From positions 160,001-224,000 of the forward strand of contig JBCCHT010000007.1 in assembly GCA_039028615.1 (NCBI GenBank): a stretch of 64,000 bases of DNA, written 5' to 3'. The notes below the pieces were generated by a model that saw only the letters and a list, made by a program, of their open reading frames with translations, had not been told where the DNA came from and made no database searches. Position numbers and translations under genes: made by a program. The first letter of the stretch is position 1. Every line of letters begins with the position of its first letter. Positions 49,934 to 60,148 of this stretch are shown here, piece after piece. Source of the DNA: Myxococcota bacterium. Lineage in GTDB: Bacteria; Myxococcota_A; Polyangia; Nannocystales; Nannocystaceae.

Positions 49934-50365
49934 ATGATCGTCTGCATCATCCCCGAAGGCTCGGTGTCCGAGCCCCATCAGCGTACCCTCGAGTCTTCGT
50001 TACCCGCCATCGTGGCCGAGCACCTGGGCCCGAAGGTGCGACCGGTGGTGGTCTGGAACCCGGTGGCCGCGGGCAACGGCTACACGGGCGGGCAGGCGCG
50101 GCACTGCTCGCTGTGCCACGTCCAGGTCCCCGCCGACACCTCGCTTCCGCAACGGGCCGCGCTGATGCGAGCCGTCTGCGAGCAGTGGTGCGAGACCACG
50201 GGCATGAGCCGCTACGAGCTGATGGTCACCACCCCCGACAAGGCCACCGTGCGGGGCACTCTGCGGGCTTTGCTCGCGCCGATGCGGCCGGGGGCCAAGG
50301 CCTCGTATCTCGGCCGCCTCGCGACCCAAGCCGCCCGCCAGCGCTGGCAACGACGAGGAGCCTGA
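49934..50365 (+). CDS. Tautomerase-fold-like hypothetical protein lacking Pro1
   Basis: Two beta-alpha-beta-like units; operonic with the tautomerase gene. Confidence 0.5.
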   Translation: MIVCIIPEGSVSEPHQRTLESSLPAIVAEHLGPKVRPVVVWNPVAAGNGYTGGQARHCSLCHVQVPADTSLPQRAALMRAVCEQWCETTGMSRYELMVTTPDKATVRGTLRALLAPMRPGAKASYLGRLATQAARQRWQRRGA

Positions 50366-50367
50366 GC

Positions 50368-50784
50368 ATGCCCGTCTACAACTTCGTCGTGGCCCCGGAC
50401 CTCGACGCCGACACCCGACACGCGCTCGCGCTGTGCATCACCGAGGCCCACTGCTCCACCACCGGGGCCCCGCCCGAGTTCGTGCACGTGTTCTTCCACG
50501 ACGGCCGCCGCGCCCGAACAGATGCCGTCGTCGACCTGCGCATCGCGGCCAGCGTCCGTGCGGGGCGCCCCGACTCCGTCAACCGAGCGATCGAGCAGCT
50601 CTTCATCGAAGGGGCCCGTCGTACCCTGCCCGATCAAAACATCGAGGCTCGCTTCACCTTTCGCGACACCCCGGCCGCCTGGGTGATGGAGGGCGGCGCC
50701 GTGCTGCCCGAACCCGGCGACGAAGCGGCGTGGATGCAGACGCACTGGAAACGAGAGCACCATGAAGTGGACTCAGGTCGATAG
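50368..50784 (+). CDS. Tautomerase superfamily protein, cis-CaaD-like
   Basis: MPVY (Pro1), ITEAHC.TTGAP..FVHVFF, RAGR, MEGG.VLPEPG.E..W; GAGGAG RBS. Confidence 0.8.
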   Translation: MPVYNFVVAPDLDADTRHALALCITEAHCSTTGAPPEFVHVFFHDGRRARTDAVVDLRIAASVRAGRPDSVNRAIEQLFIEGARRTLPDQNIEARFTFRDTPAAWVMEGGAVLPEPGDEAAWMQTHWKREHHEVDSGR

Positions 50785-51217
50785 CCAGTACTGCTCGGTG
50801 GCCCGCAGCCTCGCTGAGGTCGGTGAGCGCTGGACCCTGCTCGTGGTGCGCGATGCGTTCCTGGGCGCGCGACGCTTCAGCGAGTTCGTGGCCGGCAGCG
50901 GGGCCGCCCGCAACATCGTGGCCTCGCGCCTCGAAAAGCTAGTCGAGGCCGGGGTGCTCCGCAAGTCGCAATACCAACAGCGGCCCGCTCGCTACGAGTA
51001 CCGGCTCACCCGCAAGGGCGTCGAACTGTGGCCGGTCATCATGGCGCTGGTGCAGTGGGGCGACCAATGGCACGACGGCGGCGCGGGTCGACCGATGGAG
51101 CACGTCCACGAGGGCTGCGGCCAAGCCTTCCACCTCGAGTATCACTGCTCGGCGTGTCACGAGCCCGTGCGCCCCAACGAGACCCGCGTTCGCCCTGGGC
51201 CCGGCTCCCCGAAGTAA
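50762..51217 (+). CDS. HxlR-family winged-helix regulator
   Basis: CSVARSL..VGERWTLLVVRD, RFSEF, PARYEYRLT.KG, QWGD. Confidence 0.92.
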   Translation: MKWTQVDSQYCSVARSLAEVGERWTLLVVRDAFLGARRFSEFVAGSGAARNIVASRLEKLVEAGVLRKSQYQQRPARYEYRLTRKGVELWPVIMALVQWGDQWHDGGAGRPMEHVHEGCGQAFHLEYHCSACHEPVRPNETRVRPGPGSPK

Positions 51218-51236
51218 CGAGCCCCCCAAACGAGCA

Positions 51237-51273
51237 GCACCGCCCCGGGATTGCTCCCGACGCGGCGCCTTTT
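51237..51273. terminator. Hairpin between convergent hxlR-like and cysNC genes
   Basis: Minus-strand stem gcgccgcgtcggga-GCAA-tcccggggcggtgc (GNRA loop); tttt follows on the plus strand. Confidence 0.55.
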
Positions 51274-51297
51274 CGAGCCGGAACGCTCGCGCGTCGA

Positions 51298-53226
51298 CTA
51301 GATGATCTCGCGGGCGCGCAGCAGTTCGACGATGGCGTCCACGCTCTGCTGCACGGAGACCTCGGCCGTCTTCAGCGTCAGGTCGGCGTCCTCGGGCGCT
51401 TCGTAGGGGAACGAGACCCCCGGGAAGTTCTGGATGCGCCCCTCATCGGCCGCACCGTACAGCGCCTGCGCCCGCTCGCGGCAGACGTCGATCGGCGTGT
51501 CGAGGTGGACGACGATGAAGTTGTCCTTGCCGACCACGCTCGCCGCCTTCTGGCGGATCTCCTCGGAGGGAGAGACCAGCGCGCAGATGCACAGCAGGCC
51601 AGCGTCGTTGACCACCCGCGCCAGCTCGGAAGCGCGACGCAGGTTCTCGGAGCGCTCCTCGGAGGTGAAGCCCAGGTCCCGGCTGATGCCGCGGCGCAGG
51701 TTCGACCCGTCGAGCACGTTGACCGCCCGGCCCTCCTCGAAGAGGCGACGCTCGAGGGCGTAGGCCACCGTGGACTTGCCCGAGCCCGAAAGCCCGGTGA
51801 GCAAGATGGTGGTGGGAGTCTGGCCGAAGCGAGCCTTCCGCTCCTCGACCGTGACCCGGCTGTCGAGCGTCTCGAGGCTCTCGGCCGGCTCGACGTCCCA
51901 CTTGTCCGCGCGCTCGCCCGAGTCCTTGCGGTCGGTGATCATGCCCGCCGCCACCGTGCCGTTGGTGATGCGGTCGATGACGATGAACGCCCCCGTGGAG
52001 CGGTTGCGCGTGTACGGGTCGTAGGGCACGGGCGCGCTCAGCTTGATGCTGACGCGGCCGATCTCGTTGAGCTCGAGCGTCGGCGCATCCGTGCGGTGCA
52101 GGGTGTTGACGTCGACGCGGTGCCGCAGCGTGGTCACCGAGCCGGTCACCTGCTTGGGGCCGAGCTTGAACATGTACTCGCGGCCGGGAACCATGCCCTG
52201 CTCGCTCATCCACACCATGGTGGCGTCGAAGCGCTCGCCGCTCTCCGGCACGTTGCCCACGCGAGTGAGCATGTCGCCGCGGCTGACGTCGATCTCGTCC
52301 TCGAGAGTGAGCGTGACCGCCTGCGGGGGGAAGGCCTCGTCGAGCTCGCCGTCCTGAGTCACGATGGAGGCGACCTTGCTCGTCTTGCGCGACGGGAAGG
52401 CCATGACCTCGTCGCCCTTGCGGACGATGCCCGAGGCCACCGTGCCCGCGAAGCCACGGAAGTCGAGGTTCGGGCGGAGGACGAACTGCACCGGGAACCG
52501 GAAGTCCCGCAGGTTGCGGTCGGCCCCGATGTACACGGTCTCGAGGAAGCGCATCAGCGTGCGCCCCTCGTACCAGGGCATCTTGTCCGAGGGCTCGACG
52601 ACGTTGTCGCCCTTGAGGGCGGACAGCGGGATGAACTCGAGGTCCTTGACGTCGAGCCGGGTCGCGAACGCCTTGTAGTCGGCGACGATCTCGTCGTAGC
52701 GCTCCTGGCTGAAGTCGACCAGGTCCATCTTGTTGATGGCGACGAGCACGTGCTGGATGCCCAGCAGCGACACGATGAAGCTGTGCCGCTTGGTCTGGGT
52801 GAGCACGCCGTGGCGGGCATCGATGAGGATGACCGCCAGGTCGCAGTTGCTGGCCCCGGTGGCCATGTTGCGGGTGTACTGCTCGTGACCCGGGGTGTCC
52901 GCGATGATGAACTTGCGCTTCTCGGTCGAGAAATAGCGATAGGCGACATCGATGGTGATGCCCTGCTCGCGCTCGGCCTTGAGCCCGTCGGTCAGCAGGG
53001 CGGGGTCGAAGTCCCCGTCCACGCTGCCGTGGGTCGCGGACTCCTGCTTGATGGCGGCAAGCTGGTCTTCGTAGACCATCTTGGCGTCGTAGAGCAGGCG
53101 CCCGATGAGAGTGCTCTTGCCGTCGTCGACCGAGCCGCAGGTCAAGAAGCGAAGCAGCTCCTTGCGCTCGTGCTGGTCGAGGTAGGCCTGAATATCGGTG
53201 GCGATGAGATCCGACTGGTGAGACAT
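51298..53226 (-). CDS. cysN: Sulfate adenylyltransferase subunit 1 fused to APS-kinase domain (CysNC)
   Basis: [48 protein letters not shown]-terminal [10 protein letters not shown]. Confidence 0.96.
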   Translation of the reverse strand: MSHQSDLIATDIQAYLDQHERKELLRFLTCGSVDDGKSTLIGRLLYDAKMVYEDQLAAIKQESATHGSVDGDFDPALLTDGLKAEREQGITIDVAYRYFSTEKRKFIIADTPGHEQYTRNMATGASNCDLAVILIDARHGVLTQTKRHSFIVSLLGIQHVLVAINKMDLVDFSQERYDEIVADYKAFATRLDVKDLEFIPLSALKGDNVVEPSDKMPWYEGRTLMRFLETVYIGADRNLRDFRFPVQFVLRPNLDFRGFAGTVASGIVRKGDEVMAFPSRKTSKVASIVTQDGELDEAFPPQAVTLTLEDEIDVSRGDMLTRVGNVPESGERFDATMVWMSEQGMVPGREYMFKLGPKQVTGSVTTLRHRVDVNTLHRTDAPTLELNEIGRVSIKLSAPVPYDPYTRNRSTGAFIVIDRITNGTVAAGMITDRKDSGERADKWDVEPAESLETLDSRVTVEERKARFGQTPTTILLTGLSGSGKSTVAYALERRLFEEGRAVNVLDGSNLRRGISRDLGFTSEERSENLRRASELARVVNDAGLLCICALVSPSEEIRQKAASVVGKDNFIVVHLDTPIDVCRERAQALYGAADEGRIQNFPGVSFPYEAPEDADLTLKTAEVSVQQSVDAIVELLRAREII

Positions 53227-53244
53227 GGCCGGTTCCTCGAGCTA

Positions 53245-54156
53245 CTAGAAGTAGCCTTCCTTCTTTTTCTCTTCCATGGAGCCCGCGGAGTCGAAGTCGA
53301 TGACTCGACCTTCGCGCTCGGACTTCGTAGCGAGGAGCATCTCTTGGATGACCTCGGGCAGCGTGGTCGCGTCGGACTCGACGGCGCCCGTGAGGGGGTA
53401 GCAGCCGAGGGTCCGAAAGCGGACCATCTTCATCTCGGGCTTCTCGCCCTCCTCGAGCGGCATGCGGTCGTCGTCGACCATGATGAGCACGCCGTCGCGC
53501 TCGACCACCGGTCGCTTCGCGGACAGGTACAGCGGCACGACCGGAATCTTCTCGAGGTGGATGTACTGCCACACGTCGAGCTCGGTCCAGTTGGACAGCG
53601 GGAACACCCGGATGCTCTCGCCCTTGTGGACGCGAGCGTTGTAGATGTTCCACAGCTCGGGGCGCTGGTTCTTGGGGTCCCAGCGGTGGTTCTTGTCGCG
53701 GAACGAGAACACGCGCTCCTTGGCGCGGGACTTCTCCTCGTCGCGTCGGGCCCCGCCGAACGCCGCGTCGAAGCGGTGCTTGTTCAGCGCCTGGCGCAGA
53801 GCCTGGGTCTTCATCACATCGGTGTGCACCGCACTACCGTGGGTGAAGGGACCGATGCCCTGCTCCACGCCGTCCTGGTTGATGTGAACGATGAGCTCGA
53901 GCCCCAGCTCTTTGCGAGTCCAGCTGTCCCGGAACTCGATCATCTGCTTGAACTTCCACGTCGTGTCGATGTGCATCAACGGGAAGGGCGGCTTGGCCGG
54001 ATAGAAGGCCTTCATCGCCAGGTGAACCATCACCTGGGAGTCCTTGCCGATCGAGTAGAGCATCACCGGGTTGTCGAACTCGGCGGCGACCTCTCGAATG
54101 ATGTGGATGCTCTCCGCCTCGAGCTGCTTGAGGTGGGTGAGGTTGTATGCCGTCAT
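53245..54156 (-). CDS. cysD: Sulfate adenylyltransferase subunit 2
   Basis: [49 protein letters not shown]. Confidence 0.97.
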   Translation of the reverse strand: MTAYNLTHLKQLEAESIHIIREVAAEFDNPVMLYSIGKDSQVMVHLAMKAFYPAKPPFPLMHIDTTWKFKQMIEFRDSWTRKELGLELIVHINQDGVEQGIGPFTHGSAVHTDVMKTQALRQALNKHRFDAAFGGARRDEEKSRAKERVFSFRDKNHRWDPKNQRPELWNIYNARVHKGESIRVFPLSNWTELDVWQYIHLEKIPVVPLYLSAKRPVVERDGVLIMVDDDRMPLEEGEKPEMKMVRFRTLGCYPLTGAVESDATTLPEVIQEMLLATKSEREGRVIDFDSAGSMEEKKKEGYF

Positions 54157-54347
54157 GCGCTGGCCTCGGTTGGCGCTCCCAGGCTTCGTTCCGGGCCCGA
54201 AAACGAGCGGGCGGTCCCGGCAAATGCGGTCGCCCGATCTCGCGCGAGAGAGGCGGGCGAAAAGGGTTGGGAGCGCTGCCGAGGCATACCATGCCCGGCC
54301 GTGCGCGGGTGGCAGGGGTGGGGGCCCTGATCTATGCTCACGACCTC

Positions 54348-55295
54348 GTGAAGGTCGTCTCCATCACCGTCAACTTCCGTACCGCCGATCTCGCGCTACG
54401 GGCGCTAGAAAAGGTCAGGGCGGACATCGTGCCCATGGGTGGCCGCTGCATCGTGGTGGACAACGACTCCGGCGACGGCTCCTACGAGAAGATTCTCTCG
54501 ACGGTGCGCGAGCGCGGCTGGGAGGACGACGTCGACGTCATCGCCATGCCGCGCAATGCGGGTTTTGGGGCCGGCAACAACGTTGCATTCCGCCATGCGA
54601 TGGCGTGGGACGACCCCCCCGAGTACTTCTACCTGCTCAATCCCGACGCCTATCCCGATCCGGGCACCGTGGCTCACATGGTCGAGTTCATGGACTCCAA
54701 CCCGCGGGTGGGCCTGGGCGGGACGAAAGTGCGCCATCCGGGGGGTGAAATCCGACGCTCGGCCTTTCGCTTCCCCTCGGTCCTGTCCGAGCTCGAGCTG
54801 GCCATTCGCGTGGGCGTGGTCACTCGGCTGCTCGACAACCACCGGGTCGCCCAGCCTCCGCCCGAGCACACGGGCGAGGTCGACTGGGTCTCGGGGGCCA
54901 GCGTCATGATCCGTAAGGCCATGATCGACGAGATCGGCATGTTCGACGAGAACTTCTTCCTCTACTTCGAGGAGACCGACCTGTGCATGCGCGCGAAGCG
55001 GGCGGGCTGGACCACCAACTACGTGCTCGAGGTCGAAGCCGAGCACATCGGTCAGGTCTCGACCGGCATCAAGAGCAAGCAGAAGCGTCGCCCCAAGTAC
55101 TGGTTCGAGTCGCGCTCCTACTACCTCCGCAAAAACCACGGCGCGCTGGGTCTTTTCGCCGCCAACTCGGTCTTTGCCAGCGCGTACTTCCTCCGCGAGC
55201 TGCGGAAGCGCTACGCCGGGCTGCAAGACGAAGATCCGCCCCACTTCTTCCGGGACTTCGTCGACTTCAACTTCCGCGGTCGTCTCGAAGACTGA
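54348..55295 (+). CDS. Glycosyltransferase family 2 (rhamnosyltransferase-like)
   Basis: [46 protein letters not shown]. Start GTG 54348. Confidence 0.92.
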   Translation: MKVVSITVNFRTADLALRALEKVRADIVPMGGRCIVVDNDSGDGSYEKILSTVRERGWEDDVDVIAMPRNAGFGAGNNVAFRHAMAWDDPPEYFYLLNPDAYPDPGTVAHMVEFMDSNPRVGLGGTKVRHPGGEIRRSAFRFPSVLSELELAIRVGVVTRLLDNHRVAQPPPEHTGEVDWVSGASVMIRKAMIDEIGMFDENFFLYFEETDLCMRAKRAGWTTNYVLEVEAEHIGQVSTGIKSKQKRRPKYWFESRSYYLRKNHGALGLFAANSVFASAYFLRELRKRYAGLQDEDPPHFFRDFVDFNFRGRLED

Positions 55296-55328
55296 GCGGA
55301 CCGGCTCCGGGCTGACCGCGGGTGCGGC

Positions 55329-56330
55329 TCAGCCCCAGCGAGCGAGGTTCTCGCGCCAGAACGCGGCCGGCTCGTTCTCCGGGAACAAGCGCTTGATCTC
55401 GTTCAGCCCGTTCTCGGCCAGCTTCGTCCGAAGCTGAAGATCTTCGAGCTCCACCAGGCACTTGGCGGCCTCGGCCGGGGTGTCGCCGATCATCGCGGTA
55501 TCACGGTGACGCATGCCGAAGTTCGCCCCGCGGGCGTTCTTGCCGACCACGATCATGCCCGAGGCCATGGACTCCTGCGGCGGCAGAGCACAGCCCTCGA
55601 TGTCGGCCGAAGCCAGCATGGCCTGGGGCCGCGAGAACGACTGGGCCAGCTCGTGCAGCGTGAGCCCGTCGACCAGCTCGAAGCGCCAGAACTTGCCGCC
55701 GAGCTTGCGATACTCCTCTTCCGTCTGGGCGATGTAGTCCTTGCCCTTGCGGGGGAACGCGAAGATCAGCCCCTCTTCGCGATCCTCCTGCGGGATGAAG
55801 GGGAAGACCTTGTTGTCGATGACGTTGGGGACGATGGGGATGTCCTTGCCCGGATAGACGTCGTGACAAAGGTCGAGCATGAACGGCGAGTCGGTCCAGA
55901 TCGTGACCCGGTCGGAGCGCCAGTTGAAGTCGTCGTAGATCCGGGTGGGGTTCTGCTCGTAGGCCACCGCGGGGCCCTTCACCTGGTCGATGTAGTGCGT
56001 GCCGATGTCGGGCAGGATGCACACGTCGTCCGGGCGTCGGTCCTTCCAGCGAATGAAGGGCAGGTCGTGGATCCGCAGGTCGCCGTAGTCGTCGCGACCC
56101 CACAGCGTCGACATCACCGCCTCGGCGCCCACCGAACGCGCCACCCAGCAGTGGCGCATGATGTTGAGGCTACCGCCCGAGATCGTCTTGGCCGCGAACA
56201 TCAACGGCGGCCGAATCATGCGACTGAGGAGCTTGCTGTGAAGCAACCGACCGCGCCCATGCCATTCCCGCATGAGCCTGGCCTTGACCGGGGAGGCGAG
56301 AAAATCCGGGATGAGAAAGACGAATCGCAT
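55329..56330 (-). CDS. GT-B fold glycosyltransferase (GT4-like, divergent)
   Basis: SGG, FPRKG, EGCALPPQESMASG (EX7E). Confidence 0.78.
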   Translation of the reverse strand: MRFVFLIPDFLASPVKARLMREWHGRGRLLHSKLLSRMIRPPLMFAAKTISGGSLNIMRHCWVARSVGAEAVMSTLWGRDDYGDLRIHDLPFIRWKDRRPDDVCILPDIGTHYIDQVKGPAVAYEQNPTRIYDDFNWRSDRVTIWTDSPFMLDLCHDVYPGKDIPIVPNVIDNKVFPFIPQEDREEGLIFAFPRKGKDYIAQTEEEYRKLGGKFWRFELVDGLTLHELAQSFSRPQAMLASADIEGCALPPQESMASGMIVVGKNARGANFGMRHRDTAMIGDTPAEAAKCLVELEDLQLRTKLAENGLNEIKRLFPENEPAAFWRENLARWG

Positions 56331-56485
56331 GGACGAGTGGGCTCCGTTGAAAGCCAGTGAGGTTGCACACCCGTGGTGCAACCGAGGCCGTCTTTAGTAC
56401 CACGAAATTCGTGCCGTGGACCGGGCCCGACGCGGGCCCATGGCATCTCGTGCGGCGACGCGAGTGGGGTACGGTGCCCACCGCG

Positions 56486-57286
56486 ATGAACGGCAAGATC
56501 GGCGGAATGCGGGCCCTCGTCACGGGAGCGAGCAGCGGGATCGGAGCGGAACTGGCCAAGGTCCTCGCCGAGCACGGCACCCACCTCGTGCTCGTGGCTC
56601 GACGCGAGGAACGACTTCGCGCGCTGGCCGAGGAACTCGAGGAGCGTTTTGGCATCGAGACGCGAGTGGAGGCCTGTGACCTCGCCGACGCAGCGGCCAC
56701 CGAAGCATTGCTCGAGCGCTTGGGCGACCTGCCCATCGACATCGTGGTGAACAACGCGGGGCTGGGCCGCTACGAGACCTTCGTGGACACGGAGTGGGCC
56801 GAGCTTCAGACCCAGATCGCGGTGAACCTGGTGTCCCTGACCCGGCTCACCCACCACTTCGTGCCGAAGATGATCGAGCGCGGCCGCGGCCACGTGATGA
56901 ACGTGGCCTCCATCGGGGCCTACACGCCCATCCCCAACTTCACCGTCTACGCGGCGACCAAGGCCTACGTCCGCCACCTCACCGAGTCCCTCGACCACGA
57001 GCTGAGCGGTACGGGCGTGCGAGCCATCTGCGTGAACCCGGGCGGCACCAAAACGGAGTTCGTCAACCACGCCCAGCAGGTGCTCAAGCAGTCCGGTGAG
57101 AAATTCATGATGAGCGCGGAGGAGTGCGCCCGCATTTCGGTGCAGAAGATGATCGCGGGCCGCCGCAACGTGGTGACCGGCCGGATGAACGCGCTGGGGA
57201 TGTGGTTGCTGCGATTTTTGCCCCGCAGCGTCTATCCAAAGCTCGCCGCCAAGGCGATGAGCTCGTCGGTCGCCAAGGCGAGCTGA
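56486..57286 (+). CDS. Short-chain dehydrogenase/reductase
   Basis: TGASSGIG, NNAG, YAATK. Confidence 0.93.
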   Translation: MNGKIGGMRALVTGASSGIGAELAKVLAEHGTHLVLVARREERLRALAEELEERFGIETRVEACDLADAAATEALLERLGDLPIDIVVNNAGLGRYETFVDTEWAELQTQIAVNLVSLTRLTHHFVPKMIERGRGHVMNVASIGAYTPIPNFTVYAATKAYVRHLTESLDHELSGTGVRAICVNPGGTKTEFVNHAQQVLKQSGEKFMMSAEECARISVQKMIAGRRNVVTGRMNALGMWLLRFLPRSVYPKLAAKAMSSSVAKAS

Positions 57287-57380
57287 ACGAAACGTCACCC
57301 TCCGGCCGCGCAGACCGCGAATTGTCGGCCGAATCCGAGGTCCCCCGCTTGCCAGGCCCCCGCCTCGCCTGCGAGCCTGC

Positions 57381-58025
57381 GTGCTCCCCGAGCGAAGAGC
57401 GTTCGCCTTGGCCCGCCGTAGCTTCGAGTTCTCCTCCAATCACGCCTACTGGCTCGTGGTCTTCGCCCTGACTGCGTGCACGGTGTTCTTCGCGAGCAAC
57501 GTGCAGCAGCGCCGCAAGGAGCTGCGCTCCGATCGCTCCGTGCAGATCGAGAGCGGAGCCACCGTCGAGCTGGTGCGGATCATCGACGGCGACGAGGTCT
57601 CCGTGCGCGGCGAAGGGGGCGGGACCTTCGTGGTGCGGCTTTTGGGGGTCAAGGGCTTCTCCACCGCCGTCAACGAGCCGGGGCTGTCCGGGCTCGGCCA
57701 GATCGCGGTGCAGGCCATGGAAGGGATCGTCGAGGACAAGGAGATCCACGTGGTCTTCGACGAGCTGAAGTTCGATCGCTCCGGTCGATTGCTGGCGTAC
57801 CTCGAAGCCGAGGATCACGACATCGGCGAGCTGATGATCCGGCGCGGGCACCTGGTGGCGTATATCCGCTACCCCTTCTCCCGCGAGGAGCTGTACCTGG
57901 GCGCGCAGGCCGAGGCCAAGACGAGCAAGAAGGGCCTGTGGGGTAACTACAAGGCCGTCTCGCGGGTGCAGGGCTGGCAGGACACCTGGAAGAACGCACG
58001 GCAGCAGGGAGGTGCGGGCCAATGA
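57381..58025 (+). CDS. Membrane-anchored thermonuclease (SNase)-fold protein
   Basis: TM, IIDGDE, VRLLGV, DRSGRLLAY, AK..KKGLW. Start uncertain (57381 or slightly downstream). Confidence 0.8.
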   Translation: MLPERRAFALARRSFEFSSNHAYWLVVFALTACTVFFASNVQQRRKELRSDRSVQIESGATVELVRIIDGDEVSVRGEGGGTFVVRLLGVKGFSTAVNEPGLSGLGQIAVQAMEGIVEDKEIHVVFDELKFDRSGRLLAYLEAEDHDIGELMIRRGHLVAYIRYPFSREELYLGAQAEAKTSKKGLWGNYKAVSRVQGWQDTWKNARQQGGAGQ

Positions 58026-59074
58026 TTCGGCTCTTGCTCGTCCTGTTCCGGCGCGTGGTGGTGCAGCGCCGCAACGAGCTGCTCAAGGTCGCCCTGCTCA
58101 CCCTGGTGCTGGTGGCGTTCTCCTCGTCGGGCTTCATGTACTTCGAGCTCGCCGACAAGCCGGACCTCATCTGGGCCGACGCGGTGTGGTGGTCGATCGT
58201 CACGATGACCACCGTCGGCTACGGCGACTTCTTCCCCACCACCCCCGGCGGCCGCTACATCATCGGCTTCCCCACGATGCTCTTCGGCATCAGCATCCTG
58301 GGTTACCTGCTGTCGACCCTGGCGACCTTTCTCATCGAAGAACGCTCGAAGGAACTCAAGGGCATGAGCGAGAGCAAGCGAAGCGACCACATCCTGCTCA
58401 TCCACTATCCGGGGCTCGCGCGGGTGCAGGGCGTCCTCACCGAGCTTCGCACCGACGAGAAGACCGCCGGCTGCCCGGTGGTGATCGTCGATGCCTACCT
58501 CGACGAGCTCCCCAAGGCCCTGGCCGCCCAAGGGGTCGAGTTCGTCAAGGGCGACGCCTCCAAGGAGAGCACGCTGGACCGGGCGCACTTCCACGAGGCT
58601 CGCTTCGCGATCATTCTGTCGCAGGACCCCAACGATCCGGGCAGCGACAACGCCAACCTGGCCGCCGCGCTGACCCTCGAGCACCTGCACCCCGGCATCT
58701 TCACCGTCTCCGAGTGCATCGACCCCGAGCGCATCGAGCTCTTGTACAAGGCCGGCTGCGACGCGGTGGTGTGTCTGACCGCGCTGGCCACCAACCTGGT
58801 GGTGCACGAGCTGCTCGACCCCGGCGTCCAGAAGGTGATCGGCGAGGCCACCAACAACCTCTCCGGGCAGAACATCTACATGGTCGACGTCACGGCCGGC
58901 GACGGCTCGACCTACGTGAGCGCCCGCGATGCCATGGAAAACCGCGGCTGCGCCGCGATGGGGCTCGAGCGTCAGGGCAAGGTGATCCTCAACCCCGACG
59001 CCGAGACCGAGCTGAGCGAAGGCGACCGGCTGATCTGCATCGCCCCCTCGCGGCCCGAGTCGCTGCGCCTTTGA
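58022..59074 (+). CDS. 2-TM potassium channel with RCK domain
   Basis: Selectivity filter TTVGYGD; VKGDAS...LDRA; ATGA overlap with the SNase-like gene. Confidence 0.92.
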   Translation: MIRLLLVLFRRVVVQRRNELLKVALLTLVLVAFSSSGFMYFELADKPDLIWADAVWWSIVTMTTVGYGDFFPTTPGGRYIIGFPTMLFGISILGYLLSTLATFLIEERSKELKGMSESKRSDHILLIHYPGLARVQGVLTELRTDEKTAGCPVVIVDAYLDELPKALAAQGVEFVKGDASKESTLDRAHFHEARFAIILSQDPNDPGSDNANLAAALTLEHLHPGIFTVSECIDPERIELLYKAGCDAVVCLTALATNLVVHELLDPGVQKVIGEATNNLSGQNIYMVDVTAGDGSTYVSARDAMENRGCAAMGLERQGKVILNPDAETELSEGDRLICIAPSRPESLRL

Positions 59075-59149
59075 GCCGGGGCTGGCCCCTGGCTGCGAAA
59101 AACTTGCCCGATCCTGCGCTCGAGTACGAAAGCGTGCTCCGAGTGCGGT

Positions 59150-60139
59150 ATGCCCAGTGACATGGGTCCTGCCCCGCCGACCGAGCTGCCCCGCTGGGAC
59201 GAGCTGCGCGCGCTCGTGCTGCGACTGGCGCCGGCCGAGGGCCTCAACCAGACCGCGCTGCCGGGCGTTCGAATCTCCCGCTTCGATCGCCCGCAGAGCT
59301 GGCAGTTCTTCTCGACCCCCGGGCTCGCGATCGGGGTGGTGGTGCAGGGCCGTAAGCAGACCCGCGCGGCCGATCAGGTGCTGTGCTACCACCCCCCGCA
59401 GTTCCTCGTGCTGACGGGCGAGCAGGACTTCCAGTCCGAGATCCTGCAGGCGAGCCCCGAGTCTCCCTATCTGTCGGTGGGGATCTTCATGCCGGCCGAG
59501 GTGGTCGCCGAGACCATGATCGAGCTGGGTAAGGTCGACGATGCGCCGACGGGACGGGCCGAGCCGGGCCCGAACGCCTTCGTCTCCACCGTGGACGAGC
59601 GCCTGCTCGGGACCGTCATCCGCCTGCTCGCCACCGCCGAGGACCCCGCCGAGCGACGAGTCCTGGCGCCGCTGGTCACCCGCGAGCTGGTGTTCCGGGT
59701 ACTGCGCTCCGACGCCGCCGCCTCGCTGCGCCACGCGGTGGGCCGCGACGGCAACGAGCACCGCATTCAGCAGGCCATGGCGTTCATTCGCGAGCACGCC
59801 GAGCAGCCACTCTCGGTCGAGACGCTCGCCCGTCGGGTCGCCATGAGCCCCTCGCATTTTGCCCATCGCTTCGCCGCCATCGCCCGGACCTCTCCGATGC
59901 GCTACCTCAAGCAGGTCCGGCTCCACCGCGCCCGCGCGCTGCTGGTCGACGGCTCGGTACGGGCGAGCGAAGCGGGCGAGCGCGTGGGCTACTCGAGCCC
60001 CTCGCACTTCTCCCGCGACTTCAAAGGCCTGTTCGGCGTCCCGCCCGGCACCTTCGCCAGACGGGCGCGCTCCAACTTCGCAGGATCGGACAAGACTCCA
60101 GCAGCGACCGCCCTGGGGCATGCCTCCGACTCCTCCTAA
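59150..60139 (+). CDS. AraC-family regulator
   Basis: VVQGRK, ASPESPYL, MSPSHF, SPMRYLKQVRL, VGYSSPSHFSRDFK. Confidence 0.92.
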   Translation: MPSDMGPAPPTELPRWDELRALVLRLAPAEGLNQTALPGVRISRFDRPQSWQFFSTPGLAIGVVVQGRKQTRAADQVLCYHPPQFLVLTGEQDFQSEILQASPESPYLSVGIFMPAEVVAETMIELGKVDDAPTGRAEPGPNAFVSTVDERLLGTVIRLLATAEDPAERRVLAPLVTRELVFRVLRSDAAASLRHAVGRDGNEHRIQQAMAFIREHAEQPLSVETLARRVAMSPSHFAHRFAAIARTSPMRYLKQVRLHRARALLVDGSVRASEAGERVGYSSPSHFSRDFKGLFGVPPGTFARRARSNFAGSDKTPAATALGHASDSS

Positions 60140-60148
60140 GTTGAGCGC

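Noticed and set aside
51028..54330. 1100-aa plus-strand ORF
   Set aside because: Antisense shadow of cysNC/cysD; high GC3 suppresses stops and no motifs are present.
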